Source: Candidatus Omnitrophota bacterium
GTDB lineage: Bacteria; Ratteibacteria; UBA8468; MWAK01
DNA length: 20,976 nucleotides
Assembly (NCBI GenBank): GCA_043826355.1
Contig: JBDRQI010000037.1
Location: 1 to 20,976, forward strand
Direction: 5' to 3'
Both the position numbers and the translations under genes were made by a program. Each line of letters begins with the position of its first letter. Position 1 is the first letter of the stretch. Below, in pieces: positions 8,866-16,707 of the stretch. The notes below the pieces were generated by a model that saw only the letters and a list, made by a program, of their open reading frames with translations, did not search any database and was not told where the DNA came from.

Positions 8866-8937
8866 GCAGGGGCTCAATTTATCGAGCCCGCGGGTCGGAT
8901 GTCGCAGATCCGCCTCAGGCGGGAATCCGACCCCTGC
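8866..8937 (+). repeat. GTAG-type (here GCAG) double-hairpin REP-like element with a nested CCGCCTCAGGCGG palindrome
   Basis: GCAGGGGCTCAATTTATCGAGCCC-GC-GGGTCGGAT...ATCCGACCCCTGC. The first 29 nt match the aroA-internal element at 26 of 29 positions. Confidence 0.8.
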
Positions 8938-9848
8938 AGTTGAGTTAAATCTTTCTTTATCGCTTTTACCAGTTCGGACCGGTCCTTAAACCTCTTCTGC
9001 GGCCTGATTTTACGGAGCAGTTGAAGGTAAAGTCGCATTCCGTAAATATTTCCCTCAAAGCCCGGTATCAGGATTTCCAGGACCGGTTCGGTTAATCTCT
9101 TAAACGTCGGATTGGTCCCGTAACTGGCCAGCGCTTTGCTGAATCCTTTGACAACGTCCGGGTTTTCCGGTGCGCTCACCGTCGCCGCATATATCCCTTC
9201 GCCGATTAAAAGAGGAATGTCCGGTTTCAGGTTGGCGGTCGGAAAACCGATTCCGGCGCCCCTGCCCTGCCCGGCCACCACCGTCCCGCGTACTTCATAA
9301 AGCCTTCCCAGGCAGGCAGCCGCCTCTTCCGTTTTGCCTTTGGCAAGCAGTTCCCGGATGCGGCTGCTGCTTACCGTTTCCCCGGCGACCCGAACCGGCT
9401 CCATCACCTTAACCTTAAAACCAAGCAGGCCTCCCCGGCTCCGCAACAGTTCCGCATCACCGGTACGGTTCCTTCCGAACCGAAAATTGAATCCGACTAC
9501 CACTTCCCGGGCCTTCAGTTTCCGGCCCAGGATGAGGTCTATAAACTTCTCCGCCGAATATTCAAATATATTTTCGTCGTCAATAATGGCAAGATAATCC
9601 AACTTCAGTTGAGAAAGAATCTCGGCGCGCTGCTCCGGGGTGCTGATTAAACCAACTTCCCCGCCCCGGATAACCTGGCGCGGATGGTCTCCGAAGGTAA
9701 GCAAAACACTCTTCCCTTGAATGCTGCGGCTGGCCGCAACCACCGTTTTCAAAAGCGCCAGATGGCCCAGATGCAGGCCGTCGTAGGCGCCGATGGTAAT
9801 CACCGTATTCTGCAAACCGGTCAGATTCTTCAAAAAGACAGTTTCCAT
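8874..9848 (-). CDS. ribF: Bifunctional riboflavin kinase / FAD synthetase
   Basis: IGAYDGLHLGH, VVGFNFRFG, VSSSRIR, GRG..IGFPTAN, GTNPTF, IRPQKRF. Confidence 0.97.
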   Translation of the reverse strand: METVFLKNLTGLQNTVITIGAYDGLHLGHLALLKTVVAASRSIQGKSVLLTFGDHPRQVIRGGEVGLISTPEQRAEILSQLKLDYLAIIDDENIFEYSAEKFIDLILGRKLKAREVVVGFNFRFGRNRTGDAELLRSRGGLLGFKVKVMEPVRVAGETVSSSRIRELLAKGKTEEAAACLGRLYEVRGTVVAGQGRGAGIGFPTANLKPDIPLLIGEGIYAATVSAPENPDVVKGFSKALASYGTNPTFKRLTEPVLEILIPGFEGNIYGMRLYLQLLRKIRPQKRFKDRSELVKAIKKDLTQLQGSDSRLRRICDIRPAGSIN

Positions 9849-9859
9849 AATAACAAAAA

Positions 9860-10981
9860 TCAGAATGATTGCTTATATATTTCATAAAAATCTTTTTCCG
9901 CGAGCAAAAGCCCGAGGTTGTCCATGGAGCGCCGGCAGTTTGCCGTCGCCTCTTTTGCTATTTTCTTCAAATCTCCCTTCCTGACGCCTGCCTCCCGGAG
10001 CGAGACCGGCAGACCGATCTTCCGGCAAAGGTCCCTCCAGCCGGCGGCCGGTTCTTCCCAGCCGGTCACTTCAACGATTTTTTGCCGGTAACCTTTCCCG
10101 GCCAGGAATTCAAGAACTGCCGGCATAACCAAACTGCTGGCAGTTCCGTGTTGAACCCCGTAATTGATAGTAAGCGGATAACCCATCCCGTGCGCGATGA
10201 CGGTGCCGGTCTGGTTGATGACAAACCCCGCCATCACGGCTGCCATACTCATATTTTCCCGGCCTTCCGAGTCGTCCGGATTATCGACAGCCCGGGGGAG
10301 CGCCTCCTTGATAATTCTAACGGTCTCCCTGGCGATAGCCAGACTCAGCGGAGTTATCCTTTTCCCCAGAGCGCCTTCCACCGCGTGGCTCAAAGCATCC
10401 AACCCGGTGGATGCGGTCAACAACTTCGACAAAGAAAGAGTAAGCGACGGCTGGACCAGGGCTAACCTGGGACAGATGCCGGCGCAGGTTACCGTCTTCT
10501 TTTCTTTGCTCTTGGTCTCGACGATTACCGCGTACCGGGTAACCTCGCTGCCGCTCCCGGCGGTGGTGGGAATGACGATAATCGGCAAAGGCGGCCTGAG
10601 TGTCTTTTCCACTCCAAAATAGTCCTCCAGCCGGCCGGGGTTTGTGGCCAGGATCGCAACGCTTTTAGCAGTGTCTATCGCGCTGCCGCCGCCGGCAGCG
10701 ATGATGAAATCACAACCCGCCCTCCGGCAGATTCCGGCGCCCTGCGCGCAGGTTTTGGTATCCGGGTCCGGGACGGCGCCGCTGAAAACCTTAACCTCTA
10801 TTTCCGCCTCACCCAGCAGAAACTCAATTTCGTCCAGCAGGCCGCTCTCCCGGGCAAAATTTTTACCGGTTACCAGAAAGGCCTTTTTCCCGAATTTCTG
10901 CGCCTTTTTCTTCAGGCTGGTAAGCGCATCATCTCCGAAGATTATCTCGGTGGGCAGGTGCCAGCAAAAATTATTAGCCAT
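9860..10981 (-). CDS. Iron-containing (type III) alcohol dehydrogenase family protein
   Basis: GGGSAIDTAK, PTTAGSGSEVT, DALSHAVE, AHGMGY...HG metal ligands. Confidence 0.95.
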   Translation of the reverse strand: MANNFCWHLPTEIIFGDDALTSLKKKAQKFGKKAFLVTGKNFARESGLLDEIEFLLGEAEIEVKVFSGAVPDPDTKTCAQGAGICRRAGCDFIIAAGGGSAIDTAKSVAILATNPGRLEDYFGVEKTLRPPLPIIVIPTTAGSGSEVTRYAVIVETKSKEKKTVTCAGICPRLALVQPSLTLSLSKLLTASTGLDALSHAVEGALGKRITPLSLAIARETVRIIKEALPRAVDNPDDSEGRENMSMAAVMAGFVINQTGTVIAHGMGYPLTINYGVQHGTASSLVMPAVLEFLAGKGYRQKIVEVTGWEEPAAGWRDLCRKIGLPVSLREAGVRKGDLKKIAKEATANCRRSMDNLGLLLAEKDFYEIYKQSF

Positions 10982-10997
10982 GTTTTTTTAACTTTAT

Positions 10998-11027
10998 ATT
11001 ATACAATAAAAAGACCGGATGAGGCAA
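10998..11027 (-). promoter_or_regulatory. Sigma70-type promoter for the ADH-ribF(-ppdK) genes
   Basis: TTGCCT (11027-11022), 18-nt spacer, TATAAT (11003-10998). Confidence 0.55.
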
Positions 11028-13370
11028 TCAGGATTCGGTGAGTTTCTTCAGGGAAAGCGCCTCTCGGAAGAACTCTTCCGGGGTCATCTCGCGCAGGAAA
11101 TTCAAACCCCGGCAGGCGCGCAGCCGCGGAACGGGATTGGCGTAAAAATAGTCCCGGCCCAGGCAGGTCTTGATAACCGCGTACTGTTCCACCATTATCT
11201 TCTGCGCCAGGTCGCAGAAAGGACCGTCGTATTCGTAACTGGGAAAGGAAGCGCTGCGCTGGGAACCGAAACAGGTGTGGAAAGCGCTTCTCATAATCGC
11301 CAGCGAGTTCATGGATACCGGCACAAACAGGTTGACCTCCGAGGGGTGGAAACGGAACCAGACGTTGCGGTAACCCCAAACCTTAATCTTCCTGCTCGGC
11401 CGCTTCTTCCGGTATGCTTTCAGCGCTTCTGAAATTGCCTGGAGTACCTTGTAGTGGGTATCCGGACCGCTGGCTTCCGGGTCCAGGGCCACCGTTATCA
11501 CATCCGGCTCCACCTTTTCCATAAGTTGCAGGATCGGTTTGATGTCCCTCTCCCATTCCGGCTGGGGCGTGAAGATATCTCCGGTATAAAAACCAAGCCG
11601 CAGATGAAAAATATTGTCGCAGTTAAAACCGAGGTGACCCCAGAGCAGTTCCTCCTCCCATTCCCGAATCATCCCTTTTAAATTTTGGACGAAAGGCGTA
11701 TCTTTCTTTCCCGGGTAACTGTTTTGAAAATAATCCTTTATCCGCCGCACCTCTTTTTTTAACTCTTTCGCCTCTTCCTTCCCTGTCAATTCCGCCAGGT
11801 TACGCAGCATCCGGCGCACCTCCGCTTCCTGCTGCATCTCCCGGCTGCCGGCCGCTACCCCGTCCAGGAACCGGTAAACATCGCGGTTGCGGTTGGTCAG
11901 GTTGTCCGGCGAAAAATAACCCTGCTCCATCAGCGGCGCCAGTTCTCCTTTTTCCAAAAAGGTTTCCAGGTTCTCGAGCAGTGAAAGGGTATAGGAGTTG
12001 GTAACCGAGGTAAAACCGCTGGTCAACGTGGCAAAATAATGGGTATTTTTAGGCGACCGGACCAGGTGCACGATGTAGGGGAAATAACCCAGCATTATGT
12101 CGTCGTGGTGGGGCGCGGTATGAAGGAAAGTAAGGTTCTCGATATTCTGCGCCGCCTTCTCAATCCGCTCCTTCAGCGAATCGGCTGCCCGGGCGGAAAA
12201 AGAGGCCAACTCCACCTTCTTTTCCCGCAGCAATTCTCCAAGGCGGTCACCTTTCAGGTCCTCCGGCCTCAAGTCCTTAAGCCGCCTTTTTCTCCGGAAG
12301 GAAATATCAATTAAAATGCGCTCGGCAACCGGATAAGTGATTTCGGGAAGTGACGCCAGTTCATTGCATTTTCTTACTGTCAAAAGACTGGCCGCGCCGG
12401 AGGTGAGGTAGAACCGGGCGCCGGCCAGTCCCTGAAGCGCGGTGGCCGGATACAAGACCGATGGCGCACTCTCAATCGCGTCCTTCGCCACCTTTGCCTT
12501 GCTCTCTCCGGCCGCGGTTATCAGACAGGTGGTCGAGGGATTCCGGGTTATCGTCCTTAAACCGACGGTAATTACCACTTTCTGCCGGGCAAGTTCAATC
12601 CCGCCCAAATCAGTGGCGGCCGCTGCCGCCGTCTCGTAATTGATGGGTATCAGCCGGGTCGTGCTGTAGTGGTCCGACCCCCTGATATTAAACCCGATGT
12701 GGCCGTCCGGACCGATGCCTCCGAGGAAAAACCCGATACCGCCCATCTCCTCTATCCGGGCTTCGTACTCCATCGCAAACTGGTCGGCCGCAATTATCGC
12801 CTGGTACTGCAGCCGCTCCAGATCGCTCGCTGGTTTCCGAAACCGTAAAGAGAGGTCCACCCTGCCCTGCGGGAAAACCCGGCCCAGGTCTTTGCCGGCC
12901 GGAGCGCCCAATTTCCAGGTATCCATCAAGAGCGCTCTTTTCGGATTAAAACCAAAACGCCGGATATAGAAGCGGTTGATATAAAAAGCAAAACTGTTCT
13001 CCTGCGCCGGGTCCATCGGGAAGAATTCATCAATCTGAACAAAAAAGAACGAGTTGATTGCGGGTTTATTTTTCGGGTCCAGCCCCCATCCGTCCAGCTC
13101 CTTCTGAACTTCCTTCCGGTCCCAATTCTGCAGAAAATATTCGGTCCAGTTGATGAAATGTTCCGGGGTCTTGCCGGTCGGCAGGGAAAGAACGCCCTCC
13201 GGATTTAACTGGAGCCATTCCAGAAACCGCACGGCGGTAAATTTGCCTAAGGTCGGAAAGTCCGGCACCTCAATCGTCTTTATCTTTTCAACCGGCGGAT
13301 AGATTATCGTTTTTCCGGACTTTCCGAGGACAACTTTTTCAACGCGGGAGGAATTATCGTATTTTCGCAT
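11028..13370 (-). CDS. Glucosamine-6-phosphate deaminase-like domain fused to a PIG-L/LmbE deacetylase-like domain
   Basis: LSLPTGKTP, QIDEF and GGIGPDGHIGFN (NagB fold); later APHHDDIMLG, GPDTH and SQRSASF (LmbE-like). Start placed at ATG 13370 (MRKYD), 2 nt after the upstream stop. Confidence 0.85.
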   Translation of the reverse strand: MRKYDNSSRVEKVVLGKSGKTIIYPPVEKIKTIEVPDFPTLGKFTAVRFLEWLQLNPEGVLSLPTGKTPEHFINWTEYFLQNWDRKEVQKELDGWGLDPKNKPAINSFFFVQIDEFFPMDPAQENSFAFYINRFYIRRFGFNPKRALLMDTWKLGAPAGKDLGRVFPQGRVDLSLRFRKPASDLERLQYQAIIAADQFAMEYEARIEEMGGIGFFLGGIGPDGHIGFNIRGSDHYSTTRLIPINYETAAAAATDLGGIELARQKVVITVGLRTITRNPSTTCLITAAGESKAKVAKDAIESAPSVLYPATALQGLAGARFYLTSGAASLLTVRKCNELASLPEITYPVAERILIDISFRRKRRLKDLRPEDLKGDRLGELLREKKVELASFSARAADSLKERIEKAAQNIENLTFLHTAPHHDDIMLGYFPYIVHLVRSPKNTHYFATLTSGFTSVTNSYTLSLLENLETFLEKGELAPLMEQGYFSPDNLTNRNRDVYRFLDGVAAGSREMQQEAEVRRMLRNLAELTGKEEAKELKKEVRRIKDYFQNSYPGKKDTPFVQNLKGMIREWEEELLWGHLGFNCDNIFHLRLGFYTGDIFTPQPEWERDIKPILQLMEKVEPDVITVALDPEASGPDTHYKVLQAISEALKAYRKKRPSRKIKVWGYRNVWFRFHPSEVNLFVPVSMNSLAIMRSAFHTCFGSQRSASFPSYEYDGPFCDLAQKIMVEQYAVIKTCLGRDYFYANPVPRLRACRGLNFLREMTPEEFFREALSLKKLTES

Positions 13371-13372
13371 AC

Positions 13373-13573
13373 TTACTTTCCCCACGCCTTCAAAAATGCG
13401 GCGATGGACCGGTCGTATTTTCGTTCCCATTCCGGCGGGAAAAGACAACCGGGTATCTCCCCGCTCCGGCGGTGAAACATGATACACTCGCAGCAGACGC
13501 CTTTCCGGCTGCAGGATTCGTAGGTGCAGGTGCAGTTTGCCTTATTAATCGATGCCTTACAGTTCTTTTCCAT
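13373..13573 (-). CDS. Small Cys-rich protein (DUF6485-like)
   Basis: MEKNCK..N..NCTCTYESCSRKGVCCECIMFH....EIPGCLFPPEWERKYDRS. Start at ATG 13573; the track's N-terminal extension runs through a repeat. Confidence 0.8.
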   Translation of the reverse strand: MEKNCKASINKANCTCTYESCSRKGVCCECIMFHRRSGEIPGCLFPPEWERKYDRSIAAFLKAWGK

Positions 13574-13581
13574 ATTTTTCC

Positions 13582-13613
13582 CGTCATTCCCGCGGATAGT
13601 AAGCGGGAATCCA
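13582..13613 (+). repeat. CGTC-tagged palindromic repeat (GTCATTCCCGC...GCGGGAATCC)
   Basis: CGTCATTCCCGCGGATAGTAAGCGGGAATCCA; 8-bp stem ATTCCCGC/GCGGGAAT. Confidence 0.8.
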
Positions 13614-13620
13614 TGTCTAT

Positions 13621-13629
13621 ATTTTACCA
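13621..13629 (-). promoter_or_regulatory. Extended -10 promoter element
   Basis: TGgTAAAAT on the minus strand upstream of the DUF6485-like gene; no clear -35. Confidence 0.4.
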
Positions 13630-13645
13630 TACTTCAAAGGAGTGG

Positions 13646-14332
13646 TTATAACTTCATAATCCAGCGAAAAAAAAGAATAACGGGAACAATCACAACGACA
13701 ACAAAGACCACCGGCGCAGGCAGAACACAAAGAAGATAAATAATGAAAATGATTCCCAGGATTGCCGCCAGAACCAGCCCAAAGACAAGCGGAATTTTTT
13801 TAAATTCCGTTTTAACAACGCCCAGGTCTGACCTGGACAACTTCGGCACCATTTCCATCTTCTTCTCTATGAAACGAATCTGTTCAAGAACACCGGGGTC
13901 ACCCGGCCTTAAAGAAAGCGCTTTCTTGTAATGCGCCAGCGCCTTATCTTTTTCACCCAGTCGTAAATGGAGTTCGCCCATCCGGATATAAGCGCCGGTA
14001 TGTTCCGGGTCCTTCTGAATCGTATGCTCCCATTTGCCTATCTCCGCGTGGATTTCCGCAACTTCCAGCTCCTCCCCCTGCTTCTTTTCCCAGTATTGGC
14101 TGGCCCTCAGGAAGATAAGGGGTAATAACAGAAAAACAGCGAAAATAAGCGGCGGCACCTTCGCGTCGCCAAAAAAAGAGTTGGCTACAACCAACAGAGA
14201 AAAGACGGTGAGTAACAATAACACGGCAAACCTCAACCCGCCAATTTCCCCTTCAATTTTCAAACCAACCGCATACCAAACCTGAATACCGAGTATAATC
14301 AGGACAAAAACCAAACCCAGTCCGATGAACAT
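13646..14332 (-). CDS. Membrane protein with a tetratricopeptide repeat
   Basis: Three N-terminal and two C-terminal hydrophobic helices around AYIRMGELHLRLGEKDKALAHYKKALSLRP (TPR consensus). Confidence 0.8.
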   Translation of the reverse strand: MFIGLGLVFVLIILGIQVWYAVGLKIEGEIGGLRFAVLLLLTVFSLLVVANSFFGDAKVPPLIFAVFLLLPLIFLRASQYWEKKQGEELEVAEIHAEIGKWEHTIQKDPEHTGAYIRMGELHLRLGEKDKALAHYKKALSLRPGDPGVLEQIRFIEKKMEMVPKLSRSDLGVVKTEFKKIPLVFGLVLAAILGIIFIIYLLCVLPAPVVFVVVVIVPVILFFRWIMKL

Positions 14333-14333
14333 T

Positions 14334-14588
14334 TTATTCCCCGGTTAAAACTTCATCGTCTTTCAGCGGTGTCTTCAGCAACTCCCTCGCTTTCTGAAGG
14401 TCGGGTAAACGTACCATTAACTTCGTCCGGGCGCGGCGTTCAACGTCAGCGCCTATGACATAACGACGAAGGTGAAGACCTCTGCCAAATACATAGGACG
14501 GTATTCCGCAGGATTCCAGAAATCCCCGGGCGATATGGGCCTCGGTCTCATTGGAAAATTCTTGCAATACCACGAGTTCATTTTCCAT
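14334..14588 (-). CDS. DUF2007-like (putative signal-transducing) protein
   Basis: FSNETEAHIARGFLESCGIPSYV...KLMVRLPDLQKARELL. Confidence 0.8.
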   Translation of the reverse strand: MENELVVLQEFSNETEAHIARGFLESCGIPSYVFGRGLHLRRYVIGADVERRARTKLMVRLPDLQKARELLKTPLKDDEVLTGE

Positions 14589-14591
14589 CGA

Positions 14592-14839
14592 TTATCTAAA
14601 AAAGTATGTGATACAATCAATCAATATAAAGATACCCAGGCAAATTATGACCCACTTCTTATGTTTTCTCAGTTCCAAAAAAGCCATCTTTGCAATTGGC
14701 AAATTTATCGGCGGCCCATACTGCTTGGAGATTTGATTAAGGAACACCATCCGGGAAATATTCAATCCCAGATCAACCCCGCAGGAAATGCAAATAGCCG
14801 TTTTTCTTCATTTTCTAAATTACATTTCGGGCATTTCAT
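14592..14839 (-). pseudogene. Frameshifted zinc-ribbon membrane protein gene, about 82 aa if repaired
   Basis: ATG 14839 overlaps the upstream stop (ATGA). MKCPKCNLENEEK continues in the -1 frame as TAICISCGVDL...KKWVIICLGIFILIDCITYFFR* to TAA 14592. One A is missing from the A5 run at 14801-14805. Confidence 0.75.
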
Positions 14840-15291
14840 CTTTGTCTCCGTTGAATAAGGTAATTTCGGGTGAGCAAAAAAAGCGCACGGGAACAAAAAA
14901 TGCAAATTAGTGATGCATAAAAAAGTTCGCGGAAATTAGCGTATCTTCCCATTCCAATAATCAAATAATAACAAATTGCGGGAGGAGCCAGAATTATCCA
15001 CCCCCAGATTAATATCAGCGGTCTGTCGGAAGTTTTTACTATATTACGAAATATAAATCCGTAAGTGCGAATCCTTTTGATGGGGTCGATTTGAGCGTAT
15101 GAATTCAACGGGCATCCGCAATTTGTGCAAAAATCTTCCCGGAGAATATTCGGCGTCCCGCAGTTTGTACAGAGAGATTTTTCCTCATCCCCTGCATTAA
15201 TTTCCGGTTCCTTCGGCACAACAGCTGCCCCGCAGAAAGAACAGGTGTTCTCCTCGCCCTCATTCTCCGCGTTGCATTTCGGACACTGCAT
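14836..15291 (-). CDS. Double zinc-ribbon protein with two C-terminal transmembrane helices
   Basis: CPKC-x10-CSFC and CTNC-x10-CTNC, followed by two hydrophobic segments. GAAGG SD upstream; start is ATG 15291 or GTG 15294. Confidence 0.8.
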   Translation of the reverse strand: MQCPKCNAENEGEENTCSFCGAAVVPKEPEINAGDEEKSLCTNCGTPNILREDFCTNCGCPLNSYAQIDPIKRIRTYGFIFRNIVKTSDRPLILIWGWIILAPPAICYYLIIGMGRYANFRELFYASLICIFCSRALFLLTRNYLIQRRQR

Positions 15292-15360
15292 CACGGTCTA
15301 CCTTCATACAAAATTCCATCAGGTATAACTTTTTGGGCTTTCTTGTTCTTCATTAAGTAT

Positions 15361-15876
15361 CTAATCCAGATACGATTCAAGGACTTTCCAGGAGATTTTG
15401 TTTCTGCCTGCCACCTGATATTCAAGCAACATCCATCCGCCTATATGCCCATCGTCAAAAGATGCCCGGACTAACCTGGTGGATACCACGTAAATATCTT
15501 TTTCCGAATGAAATCCCATTTTACCACCCAAGACGCCCTGGTATGGGATAAGTTCATTATGTTTCAGGAGGTCGGCAATTATGTCATTGACCGGGTTTTT
15601 CAGCCCTTTCTTCTTTAAGTCCTGGATTTCCGGCGAAGACAATTTGGGTTGGTGTAAAAACTGTGTCCACCTGCCGATTTTCAAGCCGCTGTTTTCTTTT
15701 ATCAATTCTTCAACTTTGTCGTTCAGCGCTTTTTCATTTTGCTTCAATTGAATTATTTCTTTCCTGTGGAGGAGTGCACTGAATAAAGAAAGGGTTACTA
15801 TCAGAAGCAACATGACAAAACTTGCCCAGGAAAGCTGAACTTTGGAGCAGAGAAAAGAAGAAACTTTCTTTTTCAT
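15361..15876 (-). CDS. Hypothetical membrane-anchored protein with a coiled coil
   Basis: One N-terminal transmembrane helix, a heptad segment (IIQLKQNEKALNDKVEELIKEN), then a globular domain (ELIPYQGVLGG...FDDGHIGGWMLLEY). Confidence 0.75.
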   Translation of the reverse strand: MKKKVSSFLCSKVQLSWASFVMLLLIVTLSLFSALLHRKEIIQLKQNEKALNDKVEELIKENSGLKIGRWTQFLHQPKLSSPEIQDLKKKGLKNPVNDIIADLLKHNELIPYQGVLGGKMGFHSEKDIYVVSTRLVRASFDDGHIGGWMLLEYQVAGRNKISWKVLESYLD

Positions 15877-15885
15877 AACGGTTCT

Positions 15886-15914
15886 ATTGTATCATTGAAA
15901 TTTAGGAATGGCAA
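15886..15914 (-). promoter_or_regulatory. Sigma70-type promoter, nearly leaderless transcript
   Basis: TTGCCA (15914-15909), 17-nt spacer ending TGa, TACAAT (15891-15886), 9 nt before ATG 15876; no SD. Confidence 0.65.
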
Positions 15915-15939
15915 TTCTTATTTTCAATGATATTTTAAC

Positions 15940-15970
15940 GGATTCCCGACAGAAACATTCGGGAATAACA
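15940..15970 (-). repeat. CGTC-type palindromic repeat, same type as 13582..13613
   Basis: The minus strand reads TGTTATTCCCGAATGTTTCTGTCGGGAATCC; 8-bp stem ATTCCCGA/TCGGGAAT. Confidence 0.7.
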
Positions 15971-15974
15971 ACGG

Positions 15975-16703
15975 CTATGTTCCGGAGGAAAGGCGGCTGG
16001 CCAGGAAGGCGGGCAGACCAGCGTCAATAATCTTCCGCTGGGTGGCGCGGAAGTCATAATTGACGCGGCGGATGGCAATGGTATTCGCATCCGGGTCAAA
16101 AACGCAGTAAGCGGCCCGCGGGTCTTTGTCCCGGGGCTGACCTACCGAACCAACGTTTATTAGATATCCGTTTCCCGATTCTAACTTCGCTTCTTTGTCG
16201 ATCGGGAGGGAAGAAAACCGGTTGCCTTTCAAGCAATATACTCCGGGTATGTGGGTATGGCCGAAAAAACAGACCTGGCCGGGTTTCAAATAACGAAGGT
16301 TCGCCTCCAAATCTTCATCGCTGTTTAGATAATGCCACCTTTCCGGTTCGATAAGGTTGGAATGAAGCAGGATTATATTCCTCTGATTTTTCTTCAGGGG
16401 GAAAGCGCGAATCTGCTCCAAGTCATCATCAAAGGCATGCTCCGCCGTCCAGAAGATTGCTTTCCGCGCCTCAGGGTTGAAAACCGCAGTCATACCCGGA
16501 TGCAGGACCGCGAATTCATGGTTACCCATCAAGGTAAGGGGACTATAATTGCGCATGGCTTTAAAGCACTCGGACGGATTCGGGCCGTAGCCGATAATGT
16601 CTCCCAGGCAATAAGCGATTTCACCCTCTTTCTCCGCGGCCAGAAGAACGCTGGTAAGCGCTTCAATGTTGGCGTGGATGTCAGAGAGGATAATTTGTTT
16701 CAT
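15975..16703 (-). CDS. Calcineurin-like metallophosphoesterase (YfcE/MJ0936-like)
   Basis: SDIHAN, LGDIIGYGP, GNHE, GHTH, NVGSVGQPRD. Confidence 0.95.
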   Translation of the reverse strand: MKQIILSDIHANIEALTSVLLAAEKEGEIAYCLGDIIGYGPNPSECFKAMRNYSPLTLMGNHEFAVLHPGMTAVFNPEARKAIFWTAEHAFDDDLEQIRAFPLKKNQRNIILLHSNLIEPERWHYLNSDEDLEANLRYLKPGQVCFFGHTHIPGVYCLKGNRFSSLPIDKEAKLESGNGYLINVGSVGQPRDKDPRAAYCVFDPDANTIAIRRVNYDFRATQRKIIDAGLPAFLASRLSSGT

Positions 16704-16707
16704 TGTG

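Noticed and set aside
8833..8877. N-terminal extension of PpdK in the ORF track
   Set aside because: The TTG lies in the repeat, and a strong GGAGGAG SD precedes ATG 8832.
13371..13487. N-terminal extension of the NagB-like ORF
   Set aside because: It overlaps the credible Cys-rich gene; ATG 13370 follows that gene's stop directly.
13646..15970. Integron cassette array
   Set aside because: The genes abut or overlap, leaving almost no room for attC sites, and no integrase is in the window.
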